Shown: positions 7,598 through 17,500 of the stretch, piece by piece | How the letters are laid out: every line of letters begins with the position of its first letter | Numbering within the stretch: the stretch's first letter is position 1 | Assembly: GCA_963836015.1 (NCBI GenBank) | Contig: CAWIIF010000004.1 | Span: forward strand, 1,025,924-1,089,923 | Reading direction: 5' to 3' | DNA: 64,000 nucleotides | DNA from: Bryobacterales bacterium | GTDB taxonomy: Bacteria; Acidobacteriota; Terriglobia; Bryobacterales; Bryobacteraceae | Program-made: the position numbers and the translations under genes | The notes under the pieces: generated by a model | Told to the model about the DNA's origin: nothing | The model's database searches: none | What the model saw: only the letters and a program-made list of their open reading frames with translations

Positions 7598-10251
7598 AGA
7601 GCTTCGTCGATTTTGCGCAACTGGGTTTCGTAGTCCGCCAGCTTCTGGCGGATGGTTTCGATCACCTTGGCGGGCGCCTTGCCGAGGAACGTCTCGTCTC
7701 CCAACTGGCGGATGGAGTTGGCGATGTTCTTGACGAGTTGTTCGCGCTCTTTTTCGAGGCGCTTGCGCTGGGCTTCCTGCTGCGCCTGGGGCACTTCGAG
7801 CACCAGGTCGAAGAGGGCGGTGGAGCGGATGGCGGCCGCCTTGGGCGCGGTGTCGGTGCGGAACTCGAGCTTCAAGTTGGCGAGCTTCTCGATAGCCTCG
7901 GCGTGGCGGCGGGCCGTTTCGAGCGCCGAATTGCGCGAGTAGACCACTCCGTGCAGCAGCTTCTTGGGATCGAGCTTGGCCTCGGTGCGCAAGGTGCGCG
8001 CCATGGTGACCAGCTCCTGGAGGATGGCGATTTCGCGCTCGGCTTCGTGATCGGCCAGCTCGGGCCGGTATTGCGGGTATTCGGCCACGGCGATCGAAGG
8101 CGCGCGTGTAGGCCGGTCGGAGGCGAGCCGCTGCCAGAGCTCTTCGGTGAGGAAAGGCATGGCCGGGTGCAGCAGGCGCAGCGCGCTCTCGAAAGCCGCC
8201 AGGGTATTGCGCCAGCCGGGGGTGAGGCCGGAGCCTTCCTGGAATCGCAGTTTCTTGAGCTCTACGTACCAATCGCAGAACTCGTGCCAGAAAAACTGCC
8301 AGAGCACTTGCGCGGCTTCGTGATAGCGGTAAGTTTCGATGGCCCGGTTCACCTGCTCGGCGCAGCTGTTCAGGCGGCTGAAAATCCAGCGGTCTTCGAT
8401 GCGCGGCTCGAGCGTGTCCAGGTCCGACTCGGGACGGAATTGAGCCAGGTCCTCGGGCACCCAGGGCTCGACTCCGGAGCGCTCCATGTTCATGAAGAGG
8501 AAGCGCGCGGCGTTCCAGATCTTGTTGGCGAAGGAGCGCGAGCTCTCCATCCGGTCTTCGGTGAGGACGATGTCGGTGCCCGGCGCGGCGCCCTGCAGGA
8601 GAGCCATTCGGACGGCGTCGGTGCCGTATTTCTCGGTCACCACCAGGGGGTCCACTACGTTGCCGCGCGTCTTCGACATCTTCTGGCGTTCGGCGTCGCG
8701 CACCAGGCCGTGAATATAGACCTGGCGGAAGGGCACATCGCCCATGAATTCGATCCCCATCATGGCCATGCGGGCCACCCAGAAAAACAGGATGTCGAAG
8801 CCGGTGATGAGCAGCGACGTGGGATAGAAGACGGCCAGGTCCTCGGTCTGGTCGGGCCAGCCGAGGGTGGAAAACGGCCAGAGCGCGGAGCTGAACCAGG
8901 TGTCGAGGACGTCGGTATCCTGCTCGAGCCGGCCGGAGCCGCAGCGCGGGCAGGTGGTGGGGGCTTCGCGCGCCACCACGATCTCGCGGCATTCCCCGCA
9001 GTGCCATGCGGGAATGCGGTGGCCCCACCAGAGCTGGCGCGAGATGCACCAGTCGCGGATGTTGTACATCCACTCGAAGTAGGTCTTGGACCAGTTGGCC
9101 GGGATGAATTCGATTTTGCCGGTCTCGACAGCCTGGATCGCTTTATCGGCGAGCGGCTTGGCCTTGACGAACCACTGGGTGGAGACGAGCGGCTCGACCA
9201 CCGACTTGCAGCGCTGGCAGGTGCCCAGGCTCACGGTGTAATCCTCGATTTTGACGAGATCGCCGCGCCCCTGCAAATCGGCCACCACGCGGCGGCGGGC
9301 TTCGAAGCGGTCGATGCCGGCGTAGGGGCCGGCGGCGGCGGTCATGACGCCGTGATCGTCGATCACCTGGATCTTCGGCAGGTTGTGGCGGCGTCCGGCC
9401 TCGAAATCGTTCAGGTCGTGCGCGGGGGTGACTTTGACCACGCCGGTGCCGAAGGCGGGGTCGGCCAGCTCATCGAGGATGATGGGGACCTCGCGATCCA
9501 TCAGGGGCACCTGGACGGTCTTGCCGTGCAGGTCGAAGTAGCGGGCGTCCTTCGGGTTGATGGCGACGGCGGTATCGCCGAGCATGGTTTCGGGGCGGGT
9601 GGTGGCCACGGTCACGTAGCGGCCGGGCATCCCGTTGACGGGGTACCGGATGTGCCAGAGGTGGCCCTGGACGTCGGTGTGTGCCACTTCGAGGTCGGAG
9701 ATGGCGGTGTGGCAGCCCGGGCACCAGTTGACCATGTACTCGCCGCGGAAAATCAGGCCCTTTTCGTACAGGCGGACGAAGACCTCGCGGACGGCGCGCG
9801 AGAGTCCGGCATCGAGCGTGAAGCGCTCGCGCGACCAGTCGCAGCTGGCGCCCAGGCGGACCATCTGGTTCTTGATGGTGTCGCCGGATTGGGCCTTCCA
9901 TTCCCAGACGCGCTTCTCGAACTCCTCGCGGCCGAGGTCGCGGTAGTTGATGCCCTCTTCGGCCAGTTTGCGGGCCACCACCATCTGGGTGGCGATGCCG
10001 GCGTGGTCGGTGCCGGGCAGCCACAGGGTGTTGTCGCCGAGCATGCGGTGCCAGCGGACGGTAACGTCGATCTCGGTGTGTTCGAGCATGTGGCCGATGT
10101 GCAGCGATCCGGTCACATTGGGCGGAGGAATGACGAGCGAAAATACCCGGCCCGCGCTCCTGGCAGAAGCGTGGAAGATGCCGGAGTCGATCCACCACTG
10201 GGCCCAGTGCGGCTCAAACCGCTGGGGCTCGTACACTTTTTCGACTTGCAT
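7594..10251 (-). CDS. valS: valine-tRNA ligase
   Basis: This 885-aa ORF has a class-I HIGH motif (PPPNVTGSLHIGH), a KMSKS motif (QKMSKTRGN) and a C-terminal coiled coil. Confidence 0.97.
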   Translation of the reverse strand: MQVEKVYEPQRFEPHWAQWWIDSGIFHASARSAGRVFSLVIPPPNVTGSLHIGHMLEHTEIDVTVRWHRMLGDNTLWLPGTDHAGIATQMVVARKLAEEGINYRDLGREEFEKRVWEWKAQSGDTIKNQMVRLGASCDWSRERFTLDAGLSRAVREVFVRLYEKGLIFRGEYMVNWCPGCHTAISDLEVAHTDVQGHLWHIRYPVNGMPGRYVTVATTRPETMLGDTAVAINPKDARYFDLHGKTVQVPLMDREVPIILDELADPAFGTGVVKVTPAHDLNDFEAGRRHNLPKIQVIDDHGVMTAAAGPYAGIDRFEARRRVVADLQGRGDLVKIEDYTVSLGTCQRCKSVVEPLVSTQWFVKAKPLADKAIQAVETGKIEFIPANWSKTYFEWMYNIRDWCISRQLWWGHRIPAWHCGECREIVVAREAPTTCPRCGSGRLEQDTDVLDTWFSSALWPFSTLGWPDQTEDLAVFYPTSLLITGFDILFFWVARMAMMGIEFMGDVPFRQVYIHGLVRDAERQKMSKTRGNVVDPLVVTEKYGTDAVRMALLQGAAPGTDIVLTEDRMESSRSFANKIWNAARFLFMNMERSGVEPWVPEDLAQFRPESDLDTLEPRIEDRWIFSRLNSCAEQVNRAIETYRYHEAAQVLWQFFWHEFCDWYVELKKLRFQEGSGLTPGWRNTLAAFESALRLLHPAMPFLTEELWQRLASDRPTRAPSIAVAEYPQYRPELADHEAEREIAILQELVTMARTLRTEAKLDPKKLLHGVVYSRNSALETARRHAEAIEKLANLKLEFRTDTAPKAAAIRSTALFDLVLEVPQAQQEAQRKRLEKEREQLVKNIANSIRQLGDETFLGKAPAKVIETIRQKLADYETQLRKIDEAL

Positions 10252-10353
10252 GGGGAAGTAACTATGATAACAGGCGAAGGCGGGGCTTGTGTGCGGGACG
10301 GGGCACGCCGAGGCATGCCCCTGAAGTGCGGACGATTTGAAGACAATACGGGA

Positions 10354-11403
10354 TTAGCGGTAGGCTTCGATCACTTCGGCGCGGCTCTTGAGGCGCGCGG
10401 CTTCGTCAAAGCGGCGTTCGCGCTTGCGGAGCTCCGAGAGGGCTTCCAGTGTGGCAGCCATCATGGGGCCGGGCTTCAGCATGTACTTCTCCTGGAGAAT
10501 CAGCGCCCTGGTCAACAGGTCGTCGGCCTCTTTGAAGCGATCCTGCCGCAATCGCAGCAGTCCCAGGTTGCTGAGCGTCATGGATTGCTCGAAACCGCAG
10601 GAGGGGCAGTTCTTGTCCATGATCTGGCGTGCGCGCACCAGCGCCTTCTCCGCCATGGCGTATTTATGTTCGGTCATCAGCAGCAGGCCCTGTTCGCTCA
10701 AGACGCAGCCCACGCGCGGATGCTCGGGGCCAAGCGTCCGCTCGTAAATCTCCTGCGCCTTGTGATAGAGCGGCAGCGCCCGGTCGAGGCGTCCGGCGAT
10801 GCGATGGATCTCGGCCACATTGCTGTACTCGAGAGCGGCATCCACGCTATTCTCGCCCTCGGTTTCGAGCGTCAGCTTCAAAGCTTCATCGCCCAGGGCA
10901 AGGGCCTCATCGGGTTTCGACTGCTGGGTGCGCAGTGCGGCGAGTCCGCCCAGGGTTCGGGCCAGCTGCACGTCGTGCGGGAGAATCTCCCTTTCGATGG
11001 GAAGAGCCTCATTGAAAAGCTTCTCGGCGTAGTCGGCGTCCTCGAGCATCAAGGCTACGCCCGCCAGCAGATTGATGTTCGTAAGAGTACGCTCGTTGCG
11101 CACGCCGAGGGTCCGCCGGAGGATCGCGAGCGAATCCTCGAGGCTCTTCTCACAATCCTGGCGCCGCCCCTGGGCGCACTCCGCCTGGGCGAGGTTCATT
11201 TCGGTGATTGCGAAGTGCGCGTCGTGCCCCGGACCGAGGGCGCGCCAACGGTCCATGGCCTTGTGATAGAGGACTTCCGCCTCCTGGTTGTCGCCGCGGC
11301 CGGCCGCGGTAAGTCCCTGGTCGTTCCATTGATAGGCCGGGTCGGTCTGGGCGGCCGATGAAAACGCCAGAGCCGAGAAGGCAAACAGCCTGAGCCAGTT
11401 CAT
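10354..11403 (-). CDS. secreted tetratricopeptide-repeat protein
   Basis: This 349-aa ORF has the signal peptide MNWLRLFAFSALAFSSAAQ, followed by repeated TPR-like A-x-x-x-Y/L-x-x-A-L units. Confidence 0.8.
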   Translation of the reverse strand: MNWLRLFAFSALAFSSAAQTDPAYQWNDQGLTAAGRGDNQEAEVLYHKAMDRWRALGPGHDAHFAITEMNLAQAECAQGRRQDCEKSLEDSLAILRRTLGVRNERTLTNINLLAGVALMLEDADYAEKLFNEALPIEREILPHDVQLARTLGGLAALRTQQSKPDEALALGDEALKLTLETEGENSVDAALEYSNVAEIHRIAGRLDRALPLYHKAQEIYERTLGPEHPRVGCVLSEQGLLLMTEHKYAMAEKALVRARQIMDKNCPSCGFEQSMTLSNLGLLRLRQDRFKEADDLLTRALILQEKYMLKPGPMMAATLEALSELRKRERRFDEAARLKSRAEVIEAYR

Positions 11404-11668
11404 CGCTGCAATTCCTCTCCTGCCTGTTTGTGACGCAGCGCAGGGGATACGGTCTTATCGTTTACCGTAAACCTGGGGCCGCTGCGCACGACAGAGGGTC
11501 TTCGAGTGTGCCGCCTGATCCTTAAGCTCGATTAGCCGGCGCCATGCACGTTGGGGCGCTGGTCCGGAACATTCCTCAGCGGTCTACCTATTGCTCAAAC
11601 GCACATCCACCGGCGGCCGTGCGGCCCGGAAAGCACCACCCCCAGGGTGGCGGTGATACTCTTGGGGC

Positions 11669-14422
11669 ATGGCTACATACAAGATCGAACGCGGCCGGAG
11701 GCCTGGACTGCCCATCGGGCGGATCAGCCTCATCGCCGTGGTTCTACTGCTGCTGCTCAGCGCCCGTTCGATCGCTTCCTACGCCGTTGACATCGCCTGG
11801 TGGCGGGAACTGGGACAGTTTCGCACTTGGCTGAGTATGCTGTACTACGGCTTCGCGCCTGTGGCCATCGCCACGCTGCTGGCGTTCGGCGTCCTGTGGC
11901 TGGCGCACGCGCGCGCCGTCAAGTTCGCCGGCACCGGCCTGCGCGAGCACCGTATTTACTTCTGGATCTCCACGCTCGGCCTGTTTATGCTCGCCTACCT
12001 GATCGCGGCGTCGGCCATCGACACGTGGACGGTGGTGCGCTTCGCGGGCTCGCGCGGCCTTCCGGCATCGACAACCTCTTGGCATGACGCGGTGTTTCTG
12101 AAGCCGCTCTCGTTTTACCTCTTCGACCTGCCGTTTTACCTAATGCTGCGCAGCTACGTGCTGGCGCTGGTGATCTTCTGCATCCTGGTTTACTGGGTGG
12201 CGGCGCGGGCCTGGCAGCTGCGCTACCGCTTTCCGGACATGCGCGAGGCGCGCGAGATCGACCCCGGCCTGTTCAAATTGGAAGGCGGGCTCGAATCGAA
12301 GTTCCTGCGCGGGGCGGCGGTGGTTCTGCTCCTGGCGCTGGCGGCGCGCTTCTTTCTCGGCCGCTACGAAATGGTTTACAACCAGCACGGCTCATTCCTG
12401 GTGGGCATCGACTGGGTGGATCAAAAGGTCGGGCTGCCGATGCAGTGGCTGATGATTCTCGCGTGCCTGGCGGCCGCGGCATTCGTCTGGGCCGGGCGGT
12501 GGCTGCTGGCCGCCTCCATGGCGATCGGGTTGGTGGTGGCGTTCGTCACTCCGGCGGCGGTGGCCGCGCTCTATGTGCGGCCCAACGAGATTTCGCTCGA
12601 GCGGCCGTACATCGATACCCACATTCACGCCACGCTGAGCGCGTTCGGGCTGGAGCGCAACACGCACCAGATCGAGTTCAAAGCCCAACCGAGCGCACCC
12701 ATCGACGTGGCCGGCAACCGTCCGCTGCTCGATAATGTGCGGCTGTGGGACTGGAAGCCGTACCACGACACCATCACGCAGTTGCAGGCGCTTCGCACCT
12801 ACTACGCGTTTCACGATACCGATGTGGACCGCTACACCATCGACGGCCAGTACAAACAGGTTCTTCTCTCCCCGCGCGAGCTCGATATCAGCCAGCTGCC
12901 GGATGCCCGCGCGAACTGGATCAACCCCGCGTTCATCTACACCCACGGATATGCGCTGGTGCTGTCGGAAGTCAGCAAGATGACCTCGGACGGACTGCCG
13001 GTGATGATGATCGACAACGCCCCGCCGGAGATCAAAACCAAAAGCCTGCAACTGACCCGCCCGGAGGTCTACTACGGCGAAGTCACGCACGAGCCGGTCT
13101 TCGTCAACACGGCGCAGAAGGAGTTCAACTATCCCTCCGGCGAGCAGAACGCCTACTCGAAATACGAGGGCAAGGGCGGGTTTCCCATCTCGTCGTTCCC
13201 CATGCGGCTGGCCGCCTCCATCACCGAAGGCCAGGCCAACATCATGCTGACGGATTATCTGACGCCCAACAGCCGCATGATGATCCACCGCAAAGTGCTC
13301 GACCGGCTGAACACACTGGCGGGCTTTCTGCAGTGGGATACCGACCCCTACATGGTGATCACCGACGCGGGACGGCTGGTGTGGATCGTGGATGGCTACA
13401 CGACGTCCGACGCCCACCCCTATTCGCGCGCGGTGAACGTTCCGGACATGGGAAGCGTGAACTACATCCGCAATGCCGTGAAGGCCACGGTGGATGCTTA
13501 CGACGGCGAGACGCACATGTACGTATTCGCGCCCGACGACCCGATCATCGCCTCCTATCAGAGGCTGTTCCCCGACCTGTTCCGGCCGGAATCGGAGATG
13601 CCCGCCGACCTTCGCAGGCACGCGCGCTATCCCGAGACCATGTTCCGCGTACAGGCCGAAATCTACCGCACCTACCACATGCTCGATCCGCAGTCGTTCT
13701 ACAACAAGGAAGACGTGTGGGACGTGGCGATGCACTCCTCCGGGCAGGACAACGGCCCGACGCCCGTTACCCCGACCTACCTGATGGCCTCCCTTCCGGG
13801 AGAGAGCAAGCCGGAGTTCCTGCTGATGATCCCTTACACGCCGCACAACAAGAACAACCTGATCGGCCTGCTGGCGGCGCGCTGCGACGGGTCGAGCCTG
13901 GGAGAGATGTCGGTCTGGCTGCTTTCGAAACAGGAGCTCATTCCCGGGCCGATGAACATCTCGGCCTATATCAACCAGGATCAGAACATCTCGAAGGACC
14001 TGACGCTGTGGAACCAGCAGGGATCGCATGTGATCCGCGGGCAGATTCTGGTGCTGCCGGTGGGGAACACGTTCCTGTACGTGCAGCCGATTTACATCCA
14101 ATCGACCGAAGGCAGCATCCCGCAGCTGAAGAAAGTGGTCCTGGCGGTGGGCAACCGGTTGATCTACGCCGATACCTACGACGCGGCACTGGCGCAGTTA
14201 TCCGCGGACGCGCAACAGTTGGTGACTCTGGCGACTTCGCCCGCCGCAACTTCGGCGCCTGGGGCCGCTCCTCCGCCTCCGGCGGCAACCGCCCCTGGAG
14301 CGGACGCGCGGCTGCAGCGGGTCCGCGACCACCTGCGCAAGTACCGCGAGTTCGCTTCCCAGGGCCGCTGGGCCGAAGCCGGCAAAGAACTGGAAGCCAT
14401 CGAGGCCGAGGTGAAGCAGTAA
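11669..14422 (+). CDS. UPF0182-family large membrane protein
   Basis: This is a 917-aa ORF. The N-terminal ~300 aa are multi-pass hydrophobic, followed by a long soluble region (RLWDWKPYHDT...YTHGYALVLSEV...PDMGSVNYIRNAVKATVDAYDG). Size and layout fit UPF0182/COG1615 by recall. Confidence 0.8.
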   Translation: MATYKIERGRRPGLPIGRISLIAVVLLLLLSARSIASYAVDIAWWRELGQFRTWLSMLYYGFAPVAIATLLAFGVLWLAHARAVKFAGTGLREHRIYFWISTLGLFMLAYLIAASAIDTWTVVRFAGSRGLPASTTSWHDAVFLKPLSFYLFDLPFYLMLRSYVLALVIFCILVYWVAARAWQLRYRFPDMREAREIDPGLFKLEGGLESKFLRGAAVVLLLALAARFFLGRYEMVYNQHGSFLVGIDWVDQKVGLPMQWLMILACLAAAAFVWAGRWLLAASMAIGLVVAFVTPAAVAALYVRPNEISLERPYIDTHIHATLSAFGLERNTHQIEFKAQPSAPIDVAGNRPLLDNVRLWDWKPYHDTITQLQALRTYYAFHDTDVDRYTIDGQYKQVLLSPRELDISQLPDARANWINPAFIYTHGYALVLSEVSKMTSDGLPVMMIDNAPPEIKTKSLQLTRPEVYYGEVTHEPVFVNTAQKEFNYPSGEQNAYSKYEGKGGFPISSFPMRLAASITEGQANIMLTDYLTPNSRMMIHRKVLDRLNTLAGFLQWDTDPYMVITDAGRLVWIVDGYTTSDAHPYSRAVNVPDMGSVNYIRNAVKATVDAYDGETHMYVFAPDDPIIASYQRLFPDLFRPESEMPADLRRHARYPETMFRVQAEIYRTYHMLDPQSFYNKEDVWDVAMHSSGQDNGPTPVTPTYLMASLPGESKPEFLLMIPYTPHNKNNLIGLLAARCDGSSLGEMSVWLLSKQELIPGPMNISAYINQDQNISKDLTLWNQQGSHVIRGQILVLPVGNTFLYVQPIYIQSTEGSIPQLKKVVLAVGNRLIYADTYDAALAQLSADAQQLVTLATSPAATSAPGAAPPPPAATAPGADARLQRVRDHLRKYREFASQGRWAEAGKELEAIEAEVKQ

Positions 14423-14443
14423 GGCGCGCGCGACTTACCGGAA

Positions 14444-14475
14444 GATGTGATGTGTCTATGGAACATCACGTCTTT
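14444..14475 (+). terminator. candidate intrinsic terminator after the UPF0182 gene
   Basis: GATGTGATGT-(9 nt loop)-ACATCACGTC forms a 10-bp stem with one G-U pair, followed by TTT. It lies 22 nt after the stop. Confidence 0.35.
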
Positions 14476-14566
14476 GCGGCGTTGGCGGACGGGCGTGCCG
14501 CGCAATGGCCTCTGAGCAGACCGCCGATTTGGTATGATTTTCCGTTTCGGAGGTCGCGCCAGACCG

Positions 14567-17500
14567 ATGCGAATACTGCGGTTCCTACCCCTCTGCCTCC
14601 TGATTCGCCCTGATGCCGTTGCGCAGCCCACATGCGGGAATGTGCAATTGCAGCTCACGCCCGACTATAGCTTAGCCATTGGAAGTTCGACCGGAGGGAG
14701 CGCCTACACGATCACCCAGAGGGGCCAGACAGTTGCCTCGGGGCCGATGACCCAGCTCGCTCTTCTCCATTACGACAACTCACCGAACACCACATCCGGA
14801 ACTTCTCCATCCAATCCCGCAGGCGCTGCGTACGATAACGGCAAATTCGGCAAAGGCCTTTACCTTCAAACCGGCACGGGAATCACGTATCCGGGCGCTT
14901 TACTCAACGGCTCCGAAGGGACGGTTGAGATGTGGATTGCGCCCCGGTTCAATGGGAGCGATCCGGCCTTTTCGGCCTCGGGCTACAGCATCTTCACGTA
15001 CAGGGCATCCAACGGCGACTTCTTTACGATTGCAGAAGACTCGGCCCACCAGGGCCGCATCGTCTACACGGGCGCACAGGTGAACGGCCAGTGGGAGAGC
15101 GCCTACACCTCAGGCGGCGACATGACCCTTTGGAAAGCGGGCGAATGGCATCACATCGCGGCAACCTTCTCGGCGAGCGCCAACCACATCAGGTTCTACC
15201 TGGACGGCGTCAAAATCGCGGACAACAACGAGGGTCATTACTACGCGCCTTCCGCTGCGGGAGGATCGATCCTGCTCGGCTCAACGGTCTTTACGATCGA
15301 TGAGCTGAGGATCTCGCACGTAGCGCTGTCCGATTCCGCGATTGCGTTCGATGCCTCGCGTTCGGCTCCCTTCGCCGACAACGAAGTGATGTTCTCGCTG
15401 GCGGGTGTTTCTCCCGGCCAGTTGAATTATTCCGTTGCCGGATGCGGGTCAGCTGCGTATAACTTCACCGGCGTGCCGATCAGCAACTTTGCCCCGCCGA
15501 GCGGTCTCCTGACCGCCGGCAGCACCAACTTCACAGTCACCTTCAAGACACTTCAGGCGACGACTTGCCGGTATTCGACAGGCAGTGCCGCCGATTATTC
15601 TGCCATGCAGGCGCTGGATACCGGGCCGCCCACTGCTTCGCACCAGGGCGTGATCAGTGGGCTCTCCGCAGACCCGCGGGTAGTGAATCGCGTCTACATC
15701 CGGTGCGCTTCCAATGCCGATTATGTGCAATCGGCGACTTACAGGGTTGTATCCGCTCCCGGCAGCACATATCCGCGGATCGGGAATATCTGGATTGGAG
15801 GTTATGTCTTCAACAACGCGCCTGACCAGGCGCAAAAGACGCAGCTCGTACTGGGAGCCAACGGGCTTAGCGCAGCGAATGTCGCGCAACTCCGCGCCAC
15901 AAATCCCAGCTTCTTAAACATTCCTTCCGTGAATGTGGCGGATAACGGCGGCGAGGGTTCACCACCCGATGCTTATTTCCTGAAAGATGTCCATGGGAAC
16001 AAGATCGCCGATTGGTGCAGCCCGGTGCGGTATGTCCTCAACGTGACCAAGCCCGAGGTACCCCAGTTCCTCGCACAATATGCCTACCAACTGCTGGCTC
16101 AGTCGAACTTTGTTTCCGATGGCCTGTTCTTCGACAGCTTCGGTACGACGATGCCGCAGCCGTTCACCGATTGCTACGGAAACGTCGCGCAAATCGATTC
16201 GAACGGTGATGGTATCGCTGACGATCCCGCGGCCCTCAATGCGGCCTGGCGCGCGGGAGAGTATGCGGTCGTAAGCGCATTCCGCTCCCTGGCGCCGGGC
16301 GCATACGTGTCCGGACATGTGCTGGAGTCGCCCGCGCAGGCGCAATCCCTGACGGCCTTTAATGGTACGAGCATCGAGTTCTACACCCAGAGCGCGCGAG
16401 AGGGCCAATCCTCGTTCGGCCAACTATGGGACCTGTATCAAGCATGGAATTCGCAGGCGGTCGCACCCACGGTGCCCATGGTTCAGGCGTGCCCACCCAA
16501 TCAACTTTCTTACGGCTACGGTTATTTCCCGCTGAAAGCGATGCTCCCCTCCACCGTGGCATTTGCCCAGAGTTTCTATCCGAATATGCGGTTTGGCCTG
16601 GCGCTGACTCTGATGGGTGAAGGATTCTTCGGCTTCGATTTTGGTGACGAGGGGCCGCCGGTGACGTGGTGGTACGACGAATACGATTTCAAGGTGGGAA
16701 CTCCCATCGGCCCACCGGCACAGGTGGGAGCGGCACAAACCGCAAATCTTGTCACCAACTCCGGCTTCGAAAACGGGCTCACCGGATGGCGTCTCATCTT
16801 GACTAACGATGGACAAGCCAAAGCCACAGCGTCGGTGGATTCCGCGATTGCGGCAGACGGCCTCTCTTCCGCCCATATTGCGATTAACTCCCCGGGAACA
16901 GCTAACTGGCACATCGACCTGGAGCAGGATAATCTTCCCCTGGCTGGTGGAACGGAGTACAGGGTTCAATTCTGGGCTCGGGCGGATTCGCCGCGAACCA
17001 TCACTGTCTTTACACAAGGAGGCGCGCCGAGTTACCCGAACTACGGGCTCTCCGCGCAGATTGCGATCGGCAAGAGCTGGTCCCTGCACTCGGCTTCGTT
17101 CATGGCCGCGGCCACAGCGAACGATGGGCGCCTGGAATTCTGGGTGGGAGATGCCGCGGGCAGCGTGTGGCTGGACGATGTGCAGCTCTCTCAACAAACG
17201 GCGCCGGTCTATCGCCGTGATTTCACCAATGGAATCGTGCTCTTGAATGGCGCTGCTACCCCGCAGACCGTTGCCCTGGAACCCGGACTCCAGCGATTCA
17301 CCGGCAGACAGGCGCCGCTCTACCAGTACATTGCCGACGATGCCGATGCCGGCTTTAGCGCCACGGGTTCGTGGAACACCGTTACCTACAACACCGGCTC
17401 CTATGGTCCTGCAGCGAAGAACCTTCCATCCGAGCCGCAGAACTACAACGGTCCTTACTATCACTGCTGGCAGGGCATCTGCCATCAACTGGATTCGGGC

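Noticed and set aside
10252-10353. Possible regulatory leader or terminator upstream of valS (hairpin GGGGCATGCC..GGCGTGCCCC)
   Set aside because: It has no U-tract and no T-box-like specifier or antiterminator features. It is probably just a stem-loop after the TPR gene, with insufficient evidence.
7738-11361. 1207-aa plus-strand ORF, the longest in this part of the track
   Set aside because: It lies entirely antisense to valS and the TPR gene, both of which have unmistakable protein signatures. Its translation is low-complexity (G/A/R/L/V/D-rich runs such as GGGADGGRLGRGVGAELELQ) with no recognisable motif. This is the typical open antisense frame of high-GC coding DNA.
11404-11668. Structured 5' region before the UPF0182 gene (CCACCC-n-GGGTGG and GGCCGTGCGGCC stems)
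   Set aside because: The stems are short GC-rich ones expected by chance in this composition, and I could recognise no match to a known riboswitch consensus.
12392-14613. ORFs 12392..14101 (minus, 569 aa) and 12745..14613 (plus, 622 aa)
   Set aside because: They overlap the 917-aa UPF0182 gene, either out of frame or antisense. Their Arg/Pro/Gly-rich translations stand against a convincing membrane-plus-soluble protein in the accepted frame.
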